26,366 nt of DNA from Macrostomum lignano (lineage: Eukaryota), in the NCBI GenBank assembly GCA_002269645.1, contig NIVC01005095.1, positions 1 through 26,366 of the forward strand. Reading direction: 5' to 3'. Of this stretch, positions 19,558-26,366 are shown in pieces (position 1 is the first letter of the stretch; every line of letters starts with the position of its first letter). Made by a program: the position numbers and the translations under genes. The notes beneath the pieces are model-generated. The model saw only the letters and a list, made by a program, of their open reading frames with translations, ran no database searches and was not told the DNA's origin.

Positions 19558-21540
19558 TTATCTGACACTAAATTTTCCGTATCTGACACTAAATTTTCCG
19601 TATCTGACACTAAATTTTCCGTATCTGACACTAAATTTTCCGTATCTGACACTAAATTTTCCGTATCTGACACCAAATTTTCCGTATCTGACACCAAATT
19701 TTCCGTATCTGACACGAAATTTGACGCATCTGACACCAAATTTTCCGTATCTGACACCAAATTTTCCGTATCTGACACGAAATTTGACGCATCTGACGCG
19801 AAATTTTCCGTATCTGACACTAAATTATCCGTATCTGACACGAAATTTTCCGTATCTGACACTAAATTATCCGTATCTGACACCAAATTTTCCGTATCTG
19901 ACGCTAAATTATCCGTATCTGACACGAAATTTTCCGTATCTGACACCAAATTATCCGTATCTGACACTAAATTATCCGTATCTGACACCAAATTTGACGC
20001 ATCTGACACCAAATTTTCCGTATCTGACACCAAATTTTCCGTATCTGACACGAAATTTGACGCATCTGACGCGAAATTTTCCGTATCTGACACTAAATTA
20101 TCCGTATCTGACACGAAATTTTCCGTATCTGACACTAAATTATCCGTATCTGACACGAAATTTTCCGTATCTGACGCTAAATTATCCGTATCTGACACGA
20201 AATTTTCCGTATCTGACACCAAATTATCCGTATCTGACACTAAATTATCCGTATCTGACACCAAATTTTCCGTATCTGACACCAAATTTTCCGTATCTGA
20301 CACTAAATTATCCGTATCTGACACTAAATTTTCCGTATCTGACACCAAATTTTCCGTATCTGACACCAAATTTTCCGTATCTGACACTAAATTATCCGTA
20401 TCTGACACGAAATTTTCCGTATCTGACACTAAATTATCCGTATCTGACACTAAATTTTCCGTATCTGACACTAAATTTTCCGTATCTGACACCAAATTTG
20501 ACGCATCTGACACTAAATTATCCGTATCTGACACTAAATTAGACGTTAGCGAGAAATTAGGCCCGTATCTGCTATCATTAGAGGCATCTGACACCAAATT
20601 AGACGCATCTGACACCAAATTAGACGCATCTGACACCAAATTAGAGGCATCTGACACCAAATTAGACGCATCTGACACCAAATTAGACGCATCTGACACC
20701 AAATTAGACGCATCTGACACCAAATTAGAGGCATCTGACACCAAATTAGAGGCATCTGACACCAAATTAGAGGCATCTGACACCAAATTAGAGGCATCTG
20801 ACACCAAATTAGACGCATCTGACACCAAATTAGAGGCATCTGACCCCAAATTTGATGCATCTGACACCAAATTAGACGCATCTGACACCAAATTAGACGC
20901 ATCTGACACCAAATTAGACGCATCTGACACCAAATTAGACGCATCTGACACCAAATTAGACGCATCTGACACCAAATTAGACGCATCTGACACCAAATTT
21001 GACGCATCTGACACCAAATTAGACGCATCTGACACCAAATTAGACGCATCTGACACCAAATTAGACGCATCTGACACCAAATTTGACGCATCTGACACCA
21101 AATTAGACGCATCTGACACCAAATTTGACGCATCCGACACCAAATTAGACGCATCTGATACCAAATTAGACGCATCTGATACCAAATTAGACGCATCTGA
21201 CACCAAATTAGACGCATCTGATACCAAATTAGACGCATCTGACACCAAATTTGACACATCTAGCACCAGATTTGACGCTGACACCCAATTTTCCGTATCT
21301 GACACCAAATTAGACGCACCTGAAAGCAAATTTGACGCATTTGACACCAAATTAGACGCATCTGACACCAAATTTGACGCATCTGACACCAAATTAGACG
21401 CACCTGAAAGCAAATTTGACGCATTTGACACCAAATTAGACGCATCTGACACCAAATTTGACGCATCTGACACCAAATTTGACGCATCTGACACCAAATT
21501 AGACGCACCTGAAAGCAAATTTGACGCATTTGACACCTAT
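19558..21540. repeat. 2-kb 21-bp minisatellite with two sub-arrays (SDTKFSV-type, then SDTKLDA-type) and higher-order repeats
   Basis: Period 21; 13-unit (273-bp) block at 19708-19980 repeated at 19981-20253; unique junction at about 20546-20583; about 84-bp blocks near 21300-21540. Confidence 0.98.
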
Positions 21541-22175
21541 TTTGCTTATAATGTGACATATCTGACACCCAATACAAAAGTCCCTGACGCCTCTGACACC
21601 ATAGGCTGACGTCATATTGAGTCAACCAAGCATTTCTGACAAATTTTTTAGCCAATTTGAACGGATGAAAAGTCGCTTAAGGAGTTACTTAAGGTGCTCG
21701 CAGCGTAAGAAGGTTTTTTAAAGCGTACTTGCTAATTTTTTTAAACAATAAAAAATTTGTTTGTTCATAGTTACAGATTTCGCAGAAGCTACTTAAAGTA
21801 GGTTGTAGAGATAAAAAAACAAGCGCGCGCTAGCCAGACAAACAAACTTAGAGATGCGTTCCTCCGCTGGTGTCTGGAGTAATAACTAAGTAAATCCGAC
21901 AAATCCAATAAAAATTAAAATTGAGTACACGGATGGCAATAGAGCATGACAAACTACTCGGCTTCGTAACTCAAACCTGTCTTCACTGCGGGAACACTGC
22001 CTTCTTACAGATTGCCGAGTTCGCTTTGGGTCACAGTTCCTTCCATGTTAGAGGTATTAAAAACATGAATTTCTAAGTGAATGGGAGTTCAAAAATAGAT
22101 TTTCCCGTGGATAAACTTTATGTGAATCATACCAGCACTACTTTTCCTCGAATAAATATTTTAATACCGGATTTC

Positions 22176-22637
22176 CTACCGCATATTACGGAGCAAATGA
22201 AGATGAGAGTCAAGTAAAAATGGATGAATATCAACAGTCAGCGACTCCACTGTCCAGCACGAGTCTCTCCGGCACCAGCTCGATGGCTCGTAGATGTCGT
22301 CTTCTTCGGCGCAGTCATCGGGCTGCGGCGGCGGCAGCGGGTTGGACTCGTAGTGGCGCACCAGGTCTTTGAGGTCGGGGAATGAGTTGCTGTCGCCGGC
22401 AATGCGCAGCAGCTTCTCCTCGGAAACGGACTCGACTTGGTAGGTGAACACGGCCTCGCCTGCCAGCACGTGCAGCTGGTAGGCGTCAGAATCGCTATTG
22501 GAAGTCTGTGTCACCGTCGCCGTCGGGCACAGTAGAAAGTTGCGTCGGCGCCCCGGCTTCAGCTCGGGCAGCTGGCGCAGCCGGACTCGAGCGGTTTTCG
22601 CGTCGACTGGGGTCGGCTCGGACCAGCTCTGAGTCTC
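22176..22637 (-). CDS. VAV: Vav-like gene, exon 3: atypical SH2 domain plus acidic Tyr-containing tail
   Basis: Acceptor ccccgcatccctcccag| is phase 0. W...A...L...G...FLLCP...YQLHV...FTYQV...[11 protein letters not shown] is the SH2 pattern; tail EEDDIYE. Stop at 22176 as assembled, or 22231 if a base is missing at about 22287. Confidence 0.8.
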   Translation of the reverse strand, partial: ETQSWSEPTPVDAKTARVRLRQLPELKPGRRRNFLLCPTATVTQTSNSDSDAYQLHVLAGEAVFTYQVESVSEEKLLRIAGDSNSFPDLKDLVRHYESNPLPPPQPDDCAEEDDIYEPSSWCRRDSCWTVESLTVDIHPFLLDSHLHLLRNMR

Positions 22638-22679
22638 CTGGGAGGGATGCGGGGTTGATTGTATCCTGTAGCTCACAAT

Positions 22680-23131
22680 CAACCAACCAACCAACCAACC
22701 AACCAACCAACCAACCAACCAACCAACCAACCAACCAACCAACAACCAACCAACCAACCAACCAACCAACCAACCAACCAACAACCAACCAACCAACCAA
22801 CAACCAACCAACCAACCAACCAACCAACCAACCAACCAACCAACCAACAACCAACCAACCAACCAACCAACTAACCAACCAACCAACCAACCAACCAACC
22901 AACCAACCAACCAACCAACCAACCAACCAACCAACCAACCAACCAACCAACCAACCAACCAACCAACCAACCAACCAACCAACCAACCAACCAACCAACC
23001 AACCAACCAACCAAACCAACCAACCAACCAACCAACCAACCAACCAACCAACAACCAACCAACCAACCAACCAACCAACCAACCAACCAACCAACCAACC
23101 AACCAACCAACCAACCAACCAACCAACCAAC
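22680..23131. repeat. (AACC)n microsatellite in Vav-like intron 2
   Basis: Directly visible, with occasional AAC/AAACC slips. Confidence 0.99.
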
Positions 23132-23185
23132 GAGGCATTTGAGGTCGTAAAAAACATAATTGAAAAACATGGGAAATAAACCTAC

Positions 23186-23882
23186 TTGTGCAACTGGCGG
23201 CTTCTGATTCTTCTGAATAGAAGTTGCATATTGCTTGCTTCGCGCGCGTGGCGCCACGGGCCGGCAGCTGATGTGCACCTGCTGCGTATTGCTCGGACAG
23301 CAGGCTGCAGTGACGCAACGCTTGTGCAGCCACACCCTGCACCGTTCGCACCTGTGAGCCCAGCAGCCGAGCAGCTTGTTGCAGTGCTTGCAACAGTCCG
23401 GTGGCGGCCGGAAGTCCGGAGACGTAGCGGTCCGGCTAAACCAGTGGCCGTGCTGGTTGAAGCCGGCCGGGCTCCACACGCCGTGGGCGCGGCTGAACGC
23501 CTTCTGCCACACTTCTCTATCCGCCACCGAGTCGCAGCCCAGCGTGAGGGCTTCCTCGGAGGAGCCGCCGACTATTATCCGAAATGAGGCGCCTCGCTTC
23601 GACAGGGCAAAGGCCTTTCCGCCGCCGCCGCCACCGCCGCCGCCGCTGACCTCCTCGAATTTGGCATCCGGCCCGATCGGCAGGGCGTGAAGCACCTCGC
23701 CGGACTGCGACAGGACCAGGGCTCCATCCCACAGGCTGGCATGCAGGCGCTTGCCGTCCGGGCCCAGCAGCGAGCCCGAATGGCGCAGGCGGCCCAGCTT
23801 GGTGGGACCTTTGGTAGCCCAAAACAGCAACCGCGGAGGCCAGTTGAGCTTGTCGAACTCCGCGCAGCTCGGCTCCAGGTGC
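23186..23882 (-). CDS. VAV: Vav-like gene, exon 2: PH and C1 (zinc-finger) domains
   Basis: Acceptor tttttccccaactcaag| in phase 2. PH ends LTLGCDSVADREVWQKAFSRA. C1 reads HWF...CKHCNKLLG...CERC...HKRC...C with all zinc ligands. Donor CAA|gtaggt at 23185. Confidence 0.88.
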
Positions 23883-23972
23883 CTTGAGTTGGGGAAAAAT
23901 AGTGAAAAATAGGGACTTACTGCTAACTAAATGCGAATGTACGCATATTTTTTAGTCAAAGTGAATTCTTAC

Positions 23973-25107
23973 TTTTTCGCATTGCCAAGGCAGTGATTGA
24001 CTCGCTCTTCCACCCGCTTCAGCAGCTCCAAAGACGCCTGGAGTCGCTGCCTTGCTTCATTGGTTTCCTTCACTGGTTCCATGGCCTTCTCAACGCGGCC
24101 ATCAGCCTGCGCAGGTGATTCTTCGGCATCTGCTGCAAATCCATGGCGCACTTTGCCGCCGACTCAACCGCTTGCGGCAGCTTTCTCACGGCGAGAGTCA
24201 CCTGATCCAAGCAGCTCTTGTTTAGCTCTTTCAGTTTCCTGTTGCCGACGAGAATCATATTCCACCAGAGTCCGGAGTACAGCTTCACCAGCTGCGCTTC
24301 CCGCTTCACAAGCGCCTCGTCCAGCTGTTCCTCGTTGCTGCGAAGGCTGGCGCGAAGGCTCGCTAAAATTTCAAGCGAGTCGGGCGAACGGCCGAACAGG
24401 GCGTCAACAGCGTCGGCTGGCCACACGCTGAGCGGCGACTCGCGCAGCTGTCGCGCCAGAGTGCAGCTCGCGCGGAAGAAGACGATGAGCTCGTCGAGCA
24501 CGTCGAGTACCGGAGCGTCCCAGCGCACTGAGGAGTAGTCGTCAAGTGTCGAGTAGTTCTCTTCGTCAACGCTTAAGGCGACGTCGTCAATAGAAGCGGG
24601 AAGAAAGGCGTCGTTGGCGAAACCGGCAGCAGCCACCGAGTCCGACTGGCTGAGCGCCTGCAGGCAGCGCAGCACCCGCTCGGGGTTGCCAGCACCGCCC
24701 GGCTGAGGCAGCAGGTCGCTCGGCTGGAACAGGTACTCATCCGGCAGGTGGAACTCCGTCCGGCAGCTCTCCAGGAACTCGGACACGCGTCGCTGGACAG
24801 CCTCTTCGCCGTCGTCGTCGTTGTCGTTCCCGTCTCGATCTACGCCGCTGTCAGCGTCTGTCTCGACTTCGTAGCCGTCCGAGAGCAGGCTGCTGATGCG
24901 CCGCGATCGCAGCAGTCTCCGTTGAAGCCGGCGCAGAAGGCGTCCATCAGCCAGGGTGGCGGTCAGGTCCTCCGGCTTCAGGCTGTCCAGCAGCAGCAGG
25001 CGACTTCGCAGCGGGTCAACGGCCTCGGCGGTGAGGCTGGCGGTGGATGGCCTGAGGGCGGTGCCAAGCCAGCGAGCGCAGATGAAGACACTTGATTTGT
25101 GGGACAT
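23973..25107 (-). CDS. VAV: Vav-like gene, exon 1: CH domain, acidic region and degenerate DH domain; apparent -1 frameshift at about 24091
   Basis: CH: LTATLADGRLL...FLESCRTEFHLPDEYLFQPSDLL...VLRCLQALS. Acidic Tyr region DEENYSTLDDY. DH: DLQQMPKNHLRRL and LQASLELLKRVEERVN lie in adjacent frames, joined by restoring one G (ttg gag). Donor AA|gtaaga at 23972. Confidence 0.85.
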
Positions 25108-25738
25108 TGTAGCTGCTTATTCCGATTCCGAATAGTGCCAACGGGTTGGTGCCTCGTTAGTACCGTTTTTTTACCTCGGCAGAAGTTTGTTTCTAATATT
25201 TGAGCTTCTCTTTCTGCCTTTCCTTTTCCGAGCTGTTGAGTTATAAAATACCCCTGGCTGAGCGAATCTGCTCCTTCCTTTCTCTTCTTGCCCCTCCACC
25301 ATCTGCCTCAATGCCGCACTTTCTACCCCCTGTTCACAATGGCGGTAGGCGCAGGAAAATATTTTTGCAAACTTCGCATTAAAGAGGACTGACTCAGGGC
25401 TATGAATAGTAAACGCCAAACGAAGTAAAATAAGGTAGTCCACTCGAGGCTGCTTGTCCACGCGTGTTTCTCTCTATTTTGGGTGTCTTTCTAACCCCAA
25501 AATATACTCAAGCAAGCTGATGTTAGCGGCTTTAGTATCCAGGAGCTTAGTATAGTAAACAGGATGCGAGCTGTCTAATATACAGTAGCTCGCCGCATTG
25601 TGATAGCTAGATGCTTGTTTATTACAATGCGCTAGCTTGATATCCAATGCGCCCAGGGAGTCGTATGAGATGTTTTAGCTGTGACAGCTATTGATTCAAA
25701 GCTTTTTGTTTCCAAACCGAGATTCTAGCGTAGCAACG

Positions 25739-26011
25739 GAGTGTTGTAGCCTAGTGGTTGGAGCGTCGGACTCGTACGACTTGAAGGTCGGGGGTTCGAT
25801 TCCCGATCCCACTCGGAACAATTTGTGTCCTTGAGCTAGACACTTAACTCTGCATTGCTTCAGTTCACCCAGCTGTAAAACGGGTGCCTGAAATCTGAAA
25901 GCTGGGTAATTGAGCGTTTGTTGTGGCGACCCCCCAGTCCTTGGAGTGAACAGCCGTACGCAGCCTTCAGATGCGCGCGCAATAGCTGCGGCTGAGCTGT
26001 CGGTTGCACAT
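25739..26011 (+). mobile_element. tRNA-derived SINE with CORE-like central domain, copy 2
   Basis: Colinear and highly similar to 18079-18344, with small indels; A and B boxes intact. Confidence 0.85.
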
Positions 26012-26366
26012 ACTGGCCCAAAATATTGCAGTGTATTAACAATCTCTTCAGCTAACAGACAGACAGAATCAACTTTAAAATGAATTTTTAAGCTGAAGCG
26101 CCACAATTTAATACATATTTTATGTCACTGATAATCGGTTACGGTACAAGCTTTTTTGTGTACTTTTGTCAGTGCAAAGCTTGAAAATGGGGGGAGGCGT
26201 GGTGCTCAAGTGCAACGGCGGAATGCGGCAGGTTCAAAGGAATATTAAGAAGCGGTTACAGGTAGCCACGGCAGCTCGTACACGCAGTGACAAAAACAGT
26301 TATATAATAGTTCGACAAGATACAAAAGTACATAGAATTGTGATGGAGCAATCCCTATATAAATCG

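Noticed and set aside
22638-22680. Acceptor ctacag| at 22666 for the SH2 exon
   Set aside because: With the phase-0 donor at 23185 it leads into a non-SH2 frame that stops at 22495; the acceptor at 22638 fits.
22680-23131. Telomeric repeat, or WLVG/NQPT repeat proteins
   Set aside because: The unit is the tetramer AACC, not TTAGGG-like. It lies within a well-defined intron, so the ORFs are artefacts.

Overview
Eukaryotic (metazoan) genomic DNA, not prokaryotic. It has spliced GT-AG genes, GC3-rich exons and very abundant mini/microsatellites. This style suggests a free-living flatworm such as Macrostomum, which is an inference only. Three host genes are readable: (1) the first two exons of an M17 leucyl aminopeptidase on the minus strand (5089-4946, 4241-3508; the rest lies left of the window); (2) a type-I membrane LRR receptor-like gene on the plus strand (8949-10202, 11672-11953, probably 13558-13627); (3) a highly divergent three-exon Vav-like gene on the minus strand (CH-acidic-DH-PH-C1-SH2, no SH3; 25107-22176) whose DH and SH2 key residues appear lost. 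The window opens inside the 3' part of a Crypton-like tyrosine-recombinase ORF with a Myb/SANT-like tail, split by a 66-bp coding VNTR and apparently inside aminopeptidase intron 2. Also present: two tRNA-derived CORE-like SINE copies, two partial hAT/Charlie-like non-autonomous elements carrying GA tracts, probable Helentron/Helitron-type hairpin ends, a 1.29-kb block with no CpG, and several structured tandem arrays. Three to four single-base (-1) frameshifts in otherwise intact genes look like long-read assembly errors. All assignments come from reading motifs by eye; no searches were run.
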